A stretch of 64,000 nucleotides of DNA from Candidatus Omnitrophota bacterium (GCA_020352775.1 CP070684.1:660469-724468); one strand, 5' to 3'; positions 31,519-42,825 are shown, counted from the first letter of the stretch. Numbers and translations: made by a program. Notes: generated by a model from the sequence alone, not told the origin.

Positions 31519-32286
31519 ATGAAAGCAAAACAACTAAAGGTAAAAGTAAAAGACATTAAAAAAGTTAATGACAATATTTTCCTTCTTTCTATTTCTTCAG
31601 CGTATCTGGCTTCTCAATCCCGGCCGGGCCAATTCTTGCATTTTAAAATCCACTCCACAATTTTGCGCCGTCCCTTAAGTGTTCATAGAGTTAAGGGAAA
31701 AGAGGCACATGTTTTATTTAAAATTAGAGGCAAGGGGACAGAGATTCTTTCACGCTATAAAAAAGGTGAAATTTTAGACGTTATCGGTCCTTTGGGAAAT
31801 GGGTTTTTTCTAAAGAAAGCAGCCGCAATGGAGACTACAAATATCTTGGTTGCAGGCGGAATTGGAGTTGCGCCCCTTATGTTTTTAGCTGAGAAATTAA
31901 GAGGGGAAAAATTGGTTTTATTGGGAGCAAAGACAAAGAAAGAAATCGTGTGTGAATTAGAGTTTAGGAGAGTAGGATGTAAAGTAAGTGTCGCCACCGA
32001 AGACGGCTCCAAAGGAATAAAGGGAACCGCAACTGAACTTTTAAGAAAAACATTGATGGGTAGTGAGGCAGGCAAAATCAATATCTATGCCTGTGGCCCG
32101 CAAGAGATGCTTTCACAAATCAACAATGTTATTGATAGTCACCCTGTTCTAGAGTGTCAGGTTTCTTTTGAGCAATTTATGGGCTGCGGCTTAGGGGTTT
32201 GTTGCGGCTGCACTATTGAGACAAAACATGGATACAAAAAGGTCTGTAAAGACGGGCCAGTTTTTAACATAAAAGATGTCTGGTAA
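31519..32286 (+). CDS. pyrK: dihydroorotate dehydrogenase electron-transfer subunit
   Basis: PGQFLHFKI...LRRPLSV FAD-binding site. C-terminal 2Fe-2S motif CGLGVCCGC...C. Confidence 0.85.
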   Translation: MKAKQLKVKVKDIKKVNDNIFLLSISSAYLASQSRPGQFLHFKIHSTILRRPLSVHRVKGKEAHVLFKIRGKGTEILSRYKKGEILDVIGPLGNGFFLKKAAAMETTNILVAGGIGVAPLMFLAEKLRGEKLVLLGAKTKKEIVCELEFRRVGCKVSVATEDGSKGIKGTATELLRKTLMGSEAGKINIYACGPQEMLSQINNVIDSHPVLECQVSFEQFMGCGLGVCCGCTIETKHGYKKVCKDGPVFNIKDVW

Positions 32287-32358
32287 GGTATTGATAAATA
32301 AAGTAGTTTATAGTAGTCTATACCTAAATAAATCAACCACACTAGATTGGAGGTAGTA

Positions 32359-33531
32359 ATGAGTCCAGCAAAGAGCGCACAAAAAGAGCACTTTATTTCC
32401 ATCATTGTCCCGGTTAGAAACATGGAAAGAACCATTAAAACTACTTTTAAGTATTTGATGAATGCAGAGTATCCCCGCGATAGAATGGAGATTATATTTG
32501 CTGATGGTGGTAGTAAAGATGCCACTGTTTCCATAATAAAAAATTATCAAAAAGATCACCCTTGTATTAAGCTGGTGGAAATCCCCAAGTGCCCTTCGCC
32601 CGGATTTGCCCGTACGCGTGCCCTTAAAGAAGCTAAGGGAGATTTTATTTTCTTTACCGATGGGGATTGCGCCCCATGTAAGGACTGGATTTATAAGATA
32701 TTGGAGGCATTCAAGAAAGATAGAAAAATAGGTGCGGTGGGAGGAGAGATTTTTACTTTAAGGGTTGATGAAAAGAATCTGGTTGAGATTTTTTGCGAAG
32801 CCTTCGGCTTTAATCGCGTAGCCTGGCGTTATGGGTGGTTAGAAGAAGGCTATTATCCCGACCTTGATGATTGCACTCCTACTCAAATTTGCGGGCATCG
32901 AGCTTATTTCTTTGTCACCGCTAATGTTGCCTACCGCAAAGAAGCAATAGAGGATAACAAGAGAAAATTTTGGGATTTACCTACCGGGGAAGATATGGAT
33001 TTTGGCATACGCGCTAGAGAAAAAGGGTGGAAATTTTACTTTTTACCTTCGGCTTCGGTAGATCACATGCATCGGGCGGATTCGACCGCACTTCTTAAGG
33101 TGTGGCGTTCCTATGGAGAAGGACACCCTCCTTTACTTGCCGCGCATGCTAAAAATTACCTAGAAATCATCCCGCAATTTATCGGGCGCTGGCCCAATCA
33201 TCGAATTTTTAGGTTTCGTTCACCAGTAAAAGGGTTTATCTACATTGGAAACTTTCACCTCATGCATTTATCTGGATTTCTTTTTATGCTCTTTTTTATT
33301 CTGCAATGGCTCTTTCCATTTTCTTTCTGGTTGAGGCTATTTGCCTGGCTGTTTTTGCCTGCCTTTTTGTTTTTTGTTTTTCGGTTTTTTAGGCCCGCAT
33401 TCAATATTATTCCCTACAGCCAGTGGCTTGCATTTTCAAAGATGAAGTATTTAACCAATCTCTACTTTATTTGGGGTGGAATCAAGAATTCCAAGAAACA
33501 TAAGACTATTTGCGTTGAGCCCAGCTTTTAG
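32359..33531 (+). CDS. glycosyltransferase family 2 with C-terminal membrane domain
   Basis: ISIIVPVRN, FTDGDCAP (DxD). The C-terminal ~110 aa are hydrophobic. ATG 32359 has GGAGG 5 nt upstream. Confidence 0.7.
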   Translation: MSPAKSAQKEHFISIIVPVRNMERTIKTTFKYLMNAEYPRDRMEIIFADGGSKDATVSIIKNYQKDHPCIKLVEIPKCPSPGFARTRALKEAKGDFIFFTDGDCAPCKDWIYKILEAFKKDRKIGAVGGEIFTLRVDEKNLVEIFCEAFGFNRVAWRYGWLEEGYYPDLDDCTPTQICGHRAYFFVTANVAYRKEAIEDNKRKFWDLPTGEDMDFGIRAREKGWKFYFLPSASVDHMHRADSTALLKVWRSYGEGHPPLLAAHAKNYLEIIPQFIGRWPNHRIFRFRSPVKGFIYIGNFHLMHLSGFLFMLFFILQWLFPFSFWLRLFAWLFLPAFLFFVFRFFRPAFNIIPYSQWLAFSKMKYLTNLYFIWGGIKNSKKHKTICVEPSF

Positions 33532-33598
33532 ATGAAGCTGGCCAACGTACACCCGATATAAATTGTAGCAGGTTGTCGGGGTCATTGAAGGAGGTAAT

Positions 33599-33955
33599 AT
33601 GATTGCCGCATATATAATCTTGGGATTAGTCGCTGGTATTGCCAGTGGATTTTTAGGAATAGGGGGAGGAACGATTCTGATTCCAGTTTTGGTTTACATG
33701 TTTGGCCTCACTCAGCATCAGGCCCAAGGAACAACTTTAGCGCTCATGGTTCCCCCCATAGGGCTTTTAGCAGCGATGAAATATTATTTTGAGGGGAATG
33801 TAAAGATTAATATGGCAGCATTTATCTGTATAGGATTTTTTGTGGGGGGCTTAATTGGCGCTCTGTTTGTACATAAAGTATCTGACCCACATCTTAAGAA
33901 AATTTTCGGGGTCTATCTCCTATTTATTTCTTTAAAGATGATTTTTGGAAAATGA
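33599..33955 (+). CDS. half-size TauE/SafE (TSUP) family membrane protein
   Basis: 118 aa with four TM segments. GFLGIGGGTILIPVL motif. Confidence 0.65.
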   Translation: MIAAYIILGLVAGIASGFLGIGGGTILIPVLVYMFGLTQHQAQGTTLALMVPPIGLLAAMKYYFEGNVKINMAAFICIGFFVGGLIGALFVHKVSDPHLKKIFGVYLLFISLKMIFGK

Positions 33956-34875
33956 AGAAAAAAGTAAAAATCAATTTAAAGGTAAAACTGGCAGTATTGA
34001 CTTTAGACAATCCTGTTGTTTGTGCCTACGGATCATTTGGGTTTGGCGAGGAATTAAGGGGCCTTGTTAATTTTAAAAACATTGGTGCCATAATCACAAA
34101 GACTATAACTTTACTTCCTAGGGCAGGTAACCCTCCCCCCCGGATTTATGAAACTGGCTGCGGAGTGATGAATTCGGTAGGCTTAGAAAATCCGGGATTG
34201 GATGGCGTTATAAAAGAGAAATTACCCCTTTTACAGAAATTGCCCACAAGCTGCATTGTAAGCGTGGGTGGTTTTACTTCTGAAGAATATCAGGGAATTG
34301 TAGAAGAGCTTGAAGGAAAGAGAGGAATAGATGGATATGAAATAAATTTATCCTGCCCTAATTTAAGGTTAAAAAGGATGATCTCACAGAGTGAGGCTGC
34401 CACTTATAAACTAACCAAGGCTTTAAGGAAATTGACTAAAAGGCCGTTATTTATAAAAATTTCACCCGAAGTAACCGACATTGTAAAAACAGCTTATGCT
34501 GTTGAGGCAGGAGGTGCGGATGCAGTTTCTTTAGTAAATACATTCCTTTCCATGGCTATAGACATAGAGACTCAAAAGCCCTTTTTGGGTAGCATCTATG
34601 GGGGTTATTCTGGCAGGGCCATTAAACCTTTAAGTCTTTACAGGGTCTGGCGGGTTGCTCAGAATATAAAAATCCCCGTTATCGGCGGAGGGGGAATAGA
34701 AAGTACCTCTGATGCAATCGAATTTATTTTAGCAGGAGCAATCGCAATAAGCCTTGGAACAGTAAACCTTGCCTTTCCTAATCAGGCCAGCCAAATTGTT
34801 GAGGGGATAAAAAAGTATATGAAGCGTGAAAACATAACTGATATAAATAAATTAAGAGGCAAGGTAGATGCCTAA
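33952..34875 (+). CDS. pyrD: dihydroorotate dehydrogenase B catalytic subunit
   Basis: NSVGLENPG, EINLSCPN, GGIESTSDAIEFILAGA. Confidence 0.9.
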   Translation: MKKKVKINLKVKLAVLTLDNPVVCAYGSFGFGEELRGLVNFKNIGAIITKTITLLPRAGNPPPRIYETGCGVMNSVGLENPGLDGVIKEKLPLLQKLPTSCIVSVGGFTSEEYQGIVEELEGKRGIDGYEINLSCPNLRLKRMISQSEAATYKLTKALRKLTKRPLFIKISPEVTDIVKTAYAVEAGGADAVSLVNTFLSMAIDIETQKPFLGSIYGGYSGRAIKPLSLYRVWRVAQNIKIPVIGGGGIESTSDAIEFILAGAIAISLGTVNLAFPNQASQIVEGIKKYMKRENITDINKLRGKVDA

Positions 34876-35533
34876 GCCTTGGAATAAACTCATTGTGGCC
34901 TTAGATCTTACTTCGCAAAAGAAAATCAAAGAGGTTATTAAGACCCTTTCTCCCAAAGTTAAGAAATTCAAGGTAGGTTTGATTGCTTATACAAGATTTG
35001 GGCCAAAAATAATTAATTGGGCCAAAGAAGCTGGCGCTGATGTTTTTTTGGATTTTAAGCTATATGACATCCCCAATACTATGATTGAGACCGCAAAAAC
35101 TTTTATTGAGTCGGGGGTTTGGGCATTTACGGTGCATCTTAAGGCCGGCCAAGAAGCCTTAGAGAGTTTAAAAGGGGCTCTCACTAAAGAGGCGAGACTG
35201 CGTAAGAAGCGCCGGCCCCTTATTATTGGTGTTACCGAGCTCACTTCCCAAAAAGCCTCTTTAAATAAAGTATTACAACTGGCAGAGGTTGCGCGTAAAA
35301 GCAAAATTGATGGAGTAGTATGCAGCGTCTGGGAGGCCAAGCAAATAAAGGAAAAATTTGGCCTTTGTACCATCACCCCGGGGATAAGGGCAAAAAAAGA
35401 GGGTGATGACCAGAAAAGGATCGCCACCGTAAAAGATGCCTTAAAAAATAGAGTGGATTACTTTGTGGTAGGACGACCCATAATAAAAGAAAAAGACTAT
35501 TTAAAAGCAGCAAATCAGATCCTAGCCGTCTAA
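34868..35533 (+). CDS. pyrF: orotidine 5'-phosphate decarboxylase
   Basis: LIVALD, FLDFKLYDIPNT, VVGRPI. Confidence 0.9.
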   Translation: MPKPWNKLIVALDLTSQKKIKEVIKTLSPKVKKFKVGLIAYTRFGPKIINWAKEAGADVFLDFKLYDIPNTMIETAKTFIESGVWAFTVHLKAGQEALESLKGALTKEARLRKKRRPLIIGVTELTSQKASLNKVLQLAEVARKSKIDGVVCSVWEAKQIKEKFGLCTITPGIRAKKEGDDQKRIATVKDALKNRVDYFVVGRPIIKEKDYLKAANQILAV

Positions 35534-35615
35534 ATTGGCAAAAGGCAAAAACAATTTGTTTTTTCAGTGGTTAGAGATATAATAAACACCCTTAATATTT
35601 AAAATAAAGGTGATT

Positions 35616-35954
35616 ATGGCTGAAGGCCTAAAAGAATTACTCAATAAAGTAAAGGCAAAAGAAGGGGCAGCGCAGGAAGTGATTCTTGCGGCGCAAAAGG
35701 ACTCTGAGCATATAATTGATGCTGCTTATAAGGAGAAAGCTGCGGTTTTTGGGCGGGTTAAGAGAGAATACGGCCAGAGCCTAGAGCAGTTACAGGCCGA
35801 AGCCCAAGAGGAAGCTGAGAAAGCCAAAGCCAGTATAGCGCAAGAGAGCGAAAAGACCTTAGAGGCTTTAAAAACAAAAAAGCCCCAGATTGTTGAGAAG
35901 CTAAAAGAATTTCTCATTACGCAGATAAAGAATCATGGCTATAGAGAAGATTAA
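35616..35954 (+). CDS. A/V-type ATPase small coiled-coil subunit (H/G-like)
   Basis: About 112 aa, Ala/Glu/Lys-rich helical protein at the head of the ATPase operon. Assigned from position and composition only. Confidence 0.45.
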   Translation: MAEGLKELLNKVKAKEGAAQEVILAAQKDSEHIIDAAYKEKAAVFGRVKREYGQSLEQLQAEAQEEAEKAKASIAQESEKTLEALKTKKPQIVEKLKEFLITQIKNHGYRED

Positions 35955-37815
35955 GAAAGTCGAGATAATCGGCTTTGATAAAATCAAATACCAGGTTTTA
36001 AGAAAACTGCAAGAAGAAGAAATCATCCATCTAGAGACCCCTTCTTTTGAAAAACCCCCTTCCTTGGAAGCTCCTAATTTACGTGATTTAGAAAGAGCAG
36101 TTAAATTTCTATCTTTTTTCGAAGAGAAAAAGTTTATGGGGGATATTTTCCCGGAAGTGCGCTTCAAAAACAAAGAGGAATTTAAGACCTTAAAACCAGA
36201 GGATTTCTCTTTGGTAATTGAAGAGCTGCTCAAAATTTCATCTCAGACAGAGGAAAGAGCTCTAAAGATTAAAGAGTGTTACGATGAATTACACACCATC
36301 TCTCAGCTTACCTTTATTAATGCTTCCTTAGAAGAGGTTCATTCTCTAGAACACTTTTCTCTCCTTTTTTTAAGGCTAAACAAAATGGAGCGCTCTAAAT
36401 TAAAAGAGCTTGTGAGTCCAAAACAATTTGTGCTAAAAGAACTGCCCTCAGAGAATCATAGAAATATTTTTGTGCTGCTGATGCACAAGCACGATTTAGC
36501 CGAGGTGGCAGTTAACCTAAGAAAGGAAGGACTTAATATCCTAGATTTGGCGTTACATGTTTGGGCTAACCATCCTGACAAAAGTCCCCACAAGATCATC
36601 GAGAGCTTAAATAATGAAATCTCAGAGCTAACTACCCAGATAAATACCTTAAAAGATAAAGCCAGAGAATATTTAGGCTATAAAGAGAAACTGATGCACC
36701 TTTATGATTTTATCTTGAATGAAGAATATAATAATTCCATAGAAAAAGGTCTTTTAAAAACAGAAAATTTCTTTCTTTTTGATGGCTGGGTTTTGGCCAA
36801 AAGAGAAGAGGAGCTTCTTAAAGCATTAGAAGAATTTGGCGATAAGATTTATACTCACCTGCGTCAACCCAAAGAGGGTGAAATCGTCCCTACTTATTTA
36901 AAAAACAATAAAGTGATTTCACCTTTTGAGATTTTAGTAAAGATGTATGGGCCGCCACATCCACGTTCGCTTGATCCCACCCGCATCCTAGCTCCGTTTT
37001 TCTTTCTGTTTGTGGGGATATGTATTTAAGATGCTGGTTACGGGATTATGCTTGCACTTATCAGCGGCTATATTCTGTGGAAGAAAAAGCTTACTGAGAC
37101 AGGTAAAAAGTTTTTTACCTTCCTAAGTTATCTGGGCATTGCAACATTTCTAGTGGGAGCCGCTCTTGGGGGCTGGTGGGGTAAGCCCGCACCATTAAGG
37201 GTAATTGATGTTATGGCCTCACCTTTCCAGTTTCTTTTGTTCTGCTTTGCTCTGGGATTTATCCAGGTAATTACTGGGATTGTAATGCGAATATATATAG
37301 AGGTAAAAAACAAAAACTATCAGAAAGCAATTTCGCAGCTAGGTTGGATCGGGTTATTGGTGAGTTTACCGCTTTATTTTGGGGCAAAAATCATCATTTT
37401 TAAAACCCTAAGCTTCGTGAGTGTTGCAGGCATACTTTTATTCTCTTCAAGGAGTAAGAATGTTTTTGCCCGTATCGGGATCGGATTATATGAGCTATAC
37501 GGCATAACAAAATACTTCTCTGACGTTTTATCCTATTCTCGTCTCCTGGCTCTGGGTATGGCTACGGGAGTAATTGCAATGGTGATAAATCTTTTAGCGG
37601 GATTAGCTTTTAAAATTCCAGTATTAGGAATTGTATTTGCGCTAGGGATTTTAGTTGGCGGACATCTCTTTAATCTGGCCATAAATTTGATGACTGGTTT
37701 TATTCATTCTGCCAGGCTTCAATTTGTGGAATTTTTCTCTAAGTTCTTTGATTTAGGAAAGAAATATTTCGAGCCTTTAAAAATAAGGACAAAATATAAT
37801 CATGTGACCCAATGA
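35935..37815 (+). pseudogene. atpI: A/V-type ATPase subunit I (a), interrupted by one in-frame TAA (37027-37029)
   Basis: ORFs 35935..37029 and 37048..37815 are in the same frame. Read-through gives DPTRILAPFFFLFVGICI*DAGYGIMLAL, so the stop sits immediately before the conserved DAGYG motif. Confidence 0.85.
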
Positions 37816-37838
37816 CATTATAGTCAGGAGGTGAAACA

Positions 37839-38312
37839 ATGGAGTTAGGTTTGGTTTTAGCGATTTTTGGAGGAGCAGTAGCAGTAGTGGCAGCCGGTAT
37901 TGGTTCTGCCATTGGAGTTGGTATGGCAGCGCAGGCTTCAAACGGAGTGATGTCGGAGAAACCAGAAAACTTTGTTTCCTGCCTTTTGCTTACTGCCTTA
38001 CCCGGTACCCAAGGGATTTACGGATTTTTAATCGGCATTATCTTGATTATGAAGCTGGGGATGCTGGCAGAACCAGTGACGGGATTAAGCATCTCCCAGG
38101 GTTGGAGCATTTTTGCCGCCTGTCTTCCAGTGGGCCTGGCAGGGCTGGTTTCAGCAATTCATCAGGGTAAAGTCTGTACTACCGGAGTGTATATGGTGGC
38201 CAAGCAACCAGCGGATTTTGTCAAGCCTTTGATTTTAGCAGTGTTTGTTGAGTTTTATGCGGTGTTAGGACTTCTCATTTCACTGTTAATGCTGAACGGA
38301 ATTAAGTTATGA
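37839..38312 (+). CDS. atpK: A/V-type ATPase proteolipid subunit K (c)
   Basis: 157 aa with four hydrophobic helices, Gly/Ala-rich (GIGSAIGVGMAAQA). Confidence 0.85.
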   Translation: MELGLVLAIFGGAVAVVAAGIGSAIGVGMAAQASNGVMSEKPENFVSCLLLTALPGTQGIYGFLIGIILIMKLGMLAEPVTGLSISQGWSIFAACLPVGLAGLVSAIHQGKVCTTGVYMVAKQPADFVKPLILAVFVEFYAVLGLLISLLMLNGIKL

Positions 38313-38731
38313 GTGAATTAAATAAGATTTTTCAATCCTTATTTGAAGAGAAACAGAAAGAAAAAGAAGGCATTTTAAAAGAAGCCCAAGAGAAAAAAGA
38401 ATCTGTACTTAGAGAATTAGAAGAAGAGGCGAAAAAGCACTATGAACGCTGGTATAAAAAGAGCCGCGATAATATTCTGCGCAGAAAACAAGAAGAGATT
38501 TTTGGAACCCAGCTTAATTCCAAGCAGGTAATCTTAGAGGAGAAAGAAAAAATCTGGAAAGAAGCTTTGGGAGCAGTTAAAGACTATCTTAGCAAGCATA
38601 AAGAAGATATGCCCAAAAGAGAGTTAGTTACAAAAGAAGGAGTAAAAAAGATAGATATTGATATGGATGAGTTTTTGAAGTTTCTTAAGGAAAAATACGC
38701 CTCGCAGACCGAGGATTTTTTTGGGCTATGA
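38309..38731 (+). CDS. atpE: A/V-type ATPase subunit E
   Basis: Charged coiled-coil N-terminus. Operon position I-K-E-C-F-A-B-D. Confidence 0.6.
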   Translation: MSELNKIFQSLFEEKQKEKEGILKEAQEKKESVLRELEEEAKKHYERWYKKSRDNILRRKQEEIFGTQLNSKQVILEEKEKIWKEALGAVKDYLSKHKEDMPKRELVTKEGVKKIDIDMDEFLKFLKEKYASQTEDFFGL

Positions 38732-39456
38732 GAAAGTGGGATTATGGATTCGCTTTAGGCCAAATAGGGGTTTTAGAGAAAAGTATTTTGCCGCGCGAAA
38801 TTCTAGAGGAGACTCTTTCGCTTTCTTCGCAGGAAACATTCTTGCGGCTTAAAGAAGGGTTTAGCCGTGGCTATGAATATAGGAGAGAGTACGATTTTTT
38901 AGAAGAGGTATTTGAGAAAGAAGAGGGCGCGCTCAAAGAACTTGCTTCTTTTCTTTTGAAAGAAGAAACTGCTATAAATATTTTAAAAGGACTGGATAAT
39001 CCTCAAGTTCTAGAAAAAGCGCAAATTTCTTTAGAGTCATTTTTAGAGGGTTTTTTAAGATTTTACTTTGACATTCTAAACACCCTTATTTTTTTAAGAA
39101 TAAAAAAGCATAATTTAAAAGAGGATTTTTATGAACATAACGGTTGTCAAGAGCTTTTAAATATCTTAGAGAAGGAGGATTTTATCCGCCTTAACCCTTC
39201 GATTAAAAACTTTTATTATCAAGCTAAAAAGCTGATTGAGGAGGGCCAGGATTACCTCTTGGAGTTTTTAAAAGAAAGATTTCTGGTTGAGTTCCTGAAA
39301 GAGAAGAAGAAAAAATTATTAGGAGAAGAGGTTGTTTTCTGGTATTATTTTGCCAAAAGAATCAACTTAAAAGTAACCAAACTCTTTGTCTTGGGTAAGC
39401 TTTGCACTTTAAAGACTGAAAAGTTAAAAAGAGCTTTAGGGGTAGCGTATGGCTAA
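38728..39456 (+). CDS. atpC: A/V-type ATPase subunit C (d-like), short
   Basis: Operon position and helical-repeat character. At 242 aa it is shorter than usual. Confidence 0.55.
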   Translation: MRKWDYGFALGQIGVLEKSILPREILEETLSLSSQETFLRLKEGFSRGYEYRREYDFLEEVFEKEEGALKELASFLLKEETAINILKGLDNPQVLEKAQISLESFLEGFLRFYFDILNTLIFLRIKKHNLKEDFYEHNGCQELLNILEKEDFIRLNPSIKNFYYQAKKLIEEGQDYLLEFLKERFLVEFLKEKKKKLLGEEVVFWYYFAKRINLKVTKLFVLGKLCTLKTEKLKRALGVAYG

Positions 39457-39727
39457 GGCAGTATTTGTGGGGAAAGAAAAAATAAGCCAGATTTTTAAGG
39501 CAATCGGGCTAGATGTAATTTTGGAAGAAGAGCTTAAAAGTAAGAGCTTAGCAGAATATGAACTTATTTTTGCGGAAGAACCAATATATCAAACTTTATG
39601 CCAGGATTATCCCTATAAGGTAATTATTCCTTTAGTGGATTTTGCAACACGAAAAGATTCCATAATCGAACACATGAGAAAAACCATACAGACCACAGTA
39701 GGAGAAGAGGTGTTAAAGAATGGCTAA
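39449..39727 (+). CDS. atpF: A/V-type ATPase subunit F
   Basis: 92 aa. Size and position immediately before the A subunit. Confidence 0.65.
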   Translation: MAKAVFVGKEKISQIFKAIGLDVILEEELKSKSLAEYELIFAEEPIYQTLCQDYPYKVIIPLVDFATRKDSIIEHMRKTIQTTVGEEVLKNG

Positions 39728-41465
39728 GCCAATGATTGTGAGAGTTTCAGGGCCGTTGGTAGTGGCTAAAAACTGTCTTGGAGCCAAAATGTATGATGTG
39801 GTTAAGGTTGGTAAAGCCGGTCTAACTGGTGAGATTATTGAGCTAAAAGAAGATCTTGCTTTTATTCAGGTTTATGAAGAGACCGCAGGTATTGGTCCTG
39901 GTGAGCCAATAGTTCTTACTCACATGCCTTTAAGCGTAGAGCTGGGCCCAGGACTATTAGGAAAGATTTTTGATGGTACCCAAAGACCTTTAGAGACAAT
40001 TTATACTGATAAAGGTAATTTTATTATGCGCGGTATAGATTTACCTTCTTTAGAGAGAGAAAAAAGATGGGAATTTAAACCAGTAAAAGAAGAAGGAGCT
40101 ATAGTAGAAGAAGGAGATTTATTAGGCGAGGTTCAAGAAACAGAACTTGTTTCTCACAAAATATTGGTGCCTCCTGGAGTATCTGGAAAAGTCACAAAGA
40201 TTAATCAGGGTGAATTTAGGATCGAAGATATAATTTGCGTTATAGAAAAAGACGGTAAAAAGCATGAATTAAAACTTTTTCAAACCTGGCCAGTCAGAAA
40301 ATCACGGCCCTTTAAAAGAAGAGTTATGCCTACAGAGATTCTTTCTACGGGCCAGAGAGTGATTGATGCTTTTTTCCCGGTAGCAAAAGGAGGAACTGCT
40401 TGTGTTCCAGGACCATTTGGTTCAGGAAAAACCGTGGTGCAGCATCAGCTTGCTAAATGGAGCGATGCTCAGATTATTGTCTATGTTGCTTGTGGCGAGC
40501 GCGGCAATGAGACTGCGGATTTACTACTAAGTTTTCCTGAACTTAAAGACCCTCACAGCGGCCGGCCTCTTATGGAGCGCACTGTAATCATTGCTAACAC
40601 TTCAAACATGCCGGTTGCAGCAAGAGAGGCTTCCATTTATACCGGAATAACTATTGCGGAATATTTTCGTGATCAAGGTTATTCTGTGGCTTTGATGGCA
40701 GATTCTACTTCGCGCTGGGCAGAAGCATTAAGGGAAATTTCAGGAAGGATGGAGGAGATGCCTGGAGAGGAAGGCTACCCTGCCTATTTACCGGCGCGTC
40801 TTGCGGAATTTTATGAAAGGGCCGGTCAGATAGAGTGTTTAGGAAGCCAAGCCAGGCGCGGAGCATTGAGTGTAATTGGTGCGGTCTCTCCCCCAGGAGG
40901 AGACCTTTCAGATCCAGTGGTTCAGGCAACATTAAAAGTAGTAAAAGTGTTTTGGGGCTTAGATGATAGGCTTGCTAATGCGCGTCATTTTCCAGCCATT
41001 AACTGGCTTATCAGCTATTCTCTTTATCATGAGCCCTTAGAAGATTTTAAGAGAGAAAAAATAGCAGAGACCTTCGAGGAGCTGCGCTCACAAGGAATGA
41101 GGCTTTTGGAAGAAGAGGAGGAGCTTAAAGAGATTGCCCGCTTAGTGGGCATGGAAGCATTGAATGATGAAGAAAAATTAAAATTAGAAGTGGCGCGCTC
41201 AATAAGAGAAGATTTTCTTCATCAGAACGCCTTTCATCCCGAAGATACCTTTACTTCTTTAAAACAGCAGCATTTGATGTTAGAGCTCATTTTGGATTTT
41301 TACCAGTCTTCTCTGGACGCTTTAAGAAAAGAAAAAGAATTGAATAAAATCCTTAAGTTGCCAGTAAGATTAGAGATTTCCCGGGCAAAATTCATCCCCG
41401 AAGACCAACTAGATAAATTCACTCAGATTAAAGAGAGAATAGCACAGGAGATTGATAATGTTTAG
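39720..41465 (+). CDS. atpA: A/V-type ATPase catalytic subunit A
   Basis: Walker [15 protein letters not shown]. Non-homologous region present. [12 protein letters not shown]. Confidence 0.95.
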   Translation: MAKPMIVRVSGPLVVAKNCLGAKMYDVVKVGKAGLTGEIIELKEDLAFIQVYEETAGIGPGEPIVLTHMPLSVELGPGLLGKIFDGTQRPLETIYTDKGNFIMRGIDLPSLEREKRWEFKPVKEEGAIVEEGDLLGEVQETELVSHKILVPPGVSGKVTKINQGEFRIEDIICVIEKDGKKHELKLFQTWPVRKSRPFKRRVMPTEILSTGQRVIDAFFPVAKGGTACVPGPFGSGKTVVQHQLAKWSDAQIIVYVACGERGNETADLLLSFPELKDPHSGRPLMERTVIIANTSNMPVAAREASIYTGITIAEYFRDQGYSVALMADSTSRWAEALREISGRMEEMPGEEGYPAYLPARLAEFYERAGQIECLGSQARRGALSVIGAVSPPGGDLSDPVVQATLKVVKVFWGLDDRLANARHFPAINWLISYSLYHEPLEDFKREKIAETFEELRSQGMRLLEEEEELKEIARLVGMEALNDEEKLKLEVARSIREDFLHQNAFHPEDTFTSLKQQHLMLELILDFYQSSLDALRKEKELNKILKLPVRLEISRAKFIPEDQLDKFTQIKERIAQEIDNV

Positions 41466-42825
41466 AGAGTATCAAACCCTTACTCAAGTCCAGGGGCCAT
41501 TGTTAATGGTCAGAGAAATAGAAGGAGTAAAATTTGCAGAGCTAGCTGAGATAATTTTACCTGATGGCTCAAAGCGGTTCGGTAAAGTATTGGATGTGTC
41601 TGATAAGTTAGCGGTGGTGCAGGTATTTGAGGGTACACGCGGTCTGGATGTGGATAAGAGTAAGGTGCGTTTTTTAGGAAAGACCGAAACTGTAGGGGTA
41701 AGTAAGGATATGCTGGGCAGGATTTTTAACGGCAGAGGAATTGTGCGTGATGAGTTGCCTGCGCCCGCAGTCCATAAGGTAATGGATATCAACGGTCTTC
41801 CCATAAACCCTGTGGCAAGAGACTACCCTCAGGAATTTATTCAGACCGGTATCTCCAGTATCGATGGCATGAATCCTTTGGTGCGTGGCCAGAAACTTCC
41901 TATTTTTTCTGGCTCCGGACTTCCTCATAATAGGATTGCAGCCCAGATTGCGCGCCAAGCACGAGTGTTAGGAAAGAAAGAAGAGTTTGCAGTAGTATTT
42001 GGAGCAATGGGGGTTACGTTTGAGGAGGCCAATTTCTTTATTGATGATTTTAGAAAAACCGGCGCTTTAGAGCGCGCAGTTCTTTTTGTGAATTTAGCCA
42101 ATGAGCCTGTAATTGAAAGAATTTCTACTCCGCGCTTTGCTCTTACCACTGCGGAGTATTTAGCGTTTGAGCTACAAATGCATGTTTTAGTAATTCTAAT
42201 TGACATGACTTTTTACTGTGAAGCCTTGCGTGAGATCTCTTCTGCCAGAAAAGAGGTGCCTGGCAGGCGTGGCTATCCCGGTTACATGTATACGGATTTA
42301 GCCACAATTTATGAACGCGCCGGAAGAATAAAAGGAAAGAAGGGTTCAATCACTAAATTTCCTATCTTGACCATGCCTGATGATGACAAAACTCATCCTA
42401 TACCTGATCTTACTGGCTATATCACCGAGGGACAGATAATTTTATCAAGGAGTTTGCATAAAAAAGGAATTTATCCTCCCATTGATGTTTTGCCTTCCCT
42501 TTCTCGCTTAAAAGACAAAGGAATCGGGCAGGACAAGACCAGAGAAGACCATGCTGATTTACTCAACCAGTTATTTGCCTGTTATGCGCGGGGCCAGGAA
42601 GTAAGGGAACTGGCTTTGATTTTAGGAGAAGACGCTCTCACAGATATTGATAAGATTTACTTAAAATTTGCAGATAGATATGAAGAAGAATACGTAAAAC
42701 AAGGTGAATTTGAAGAGAGAAGCATTACTGAAACTCTGGATATCGGCTGGAAATTACTAAAAGATTTTCCTGAGGAGGAGTTAAGAAGGATACGGCCTCA
42801 AATTTTGGAGAAGTATTATAAATGA
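41452..42825 (+). CDS. atpB: A/V-type ATPase subunit B
   Basis: [36 protein letters not shown]. Confidence 0.95.
   Translation: MIMFREYQTLTQVQGPLLMVREIEGVKFAELAEIILPDGSKRFGKVLDVSDKLAVVQVFEGTRGLDVDKSKVRFLGKTETVGVSKDMLGRIFNGRGIVRDELPAPAVHKVMDINGLPINPVARDYPQEFIQTGISSIDGMNPLVRGQKLPIFSGSGLPHNRIAAQIARQARVLGKKEEFAVVFGAMGVTFEEANFFIDDFRKTGALERAVLFVNLANEPVIERISTPRFALTTAEYLAFELQMHVLVILIDMTFYCEALREISSARKEVPGRRGYPGYMYTDLATIYERAGRIKGKKGSITKFPILTMPDDDKTHPIPDLTGYITEGQIILSRSLHKKGIYPPIDVLPSLSRLKDKGIGQDKTREDHADLLNQLFACYARGQEVRELALILGEDALTDIDKIYLKFADRYEEEYVKQGEFEERSITETLDIGWKLLKDFPEEELRRIRPQILEKYYK

Noticed and set aside
29166-37029. Stop-codon reassignment (TAG or TAA read as sense) as the explanation for the in-frame stops in fpg and atpI.
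   Set aside because: TAG ends the PAC2-like gene (55173-55175) and the UPF0280-like gene (57042-57044) at sensible C-termini. TAA ends gyrA, dnaA and many other genes. TGA is also used as a stop, in rpmH and fpg. A global recoding is therefore not supported.
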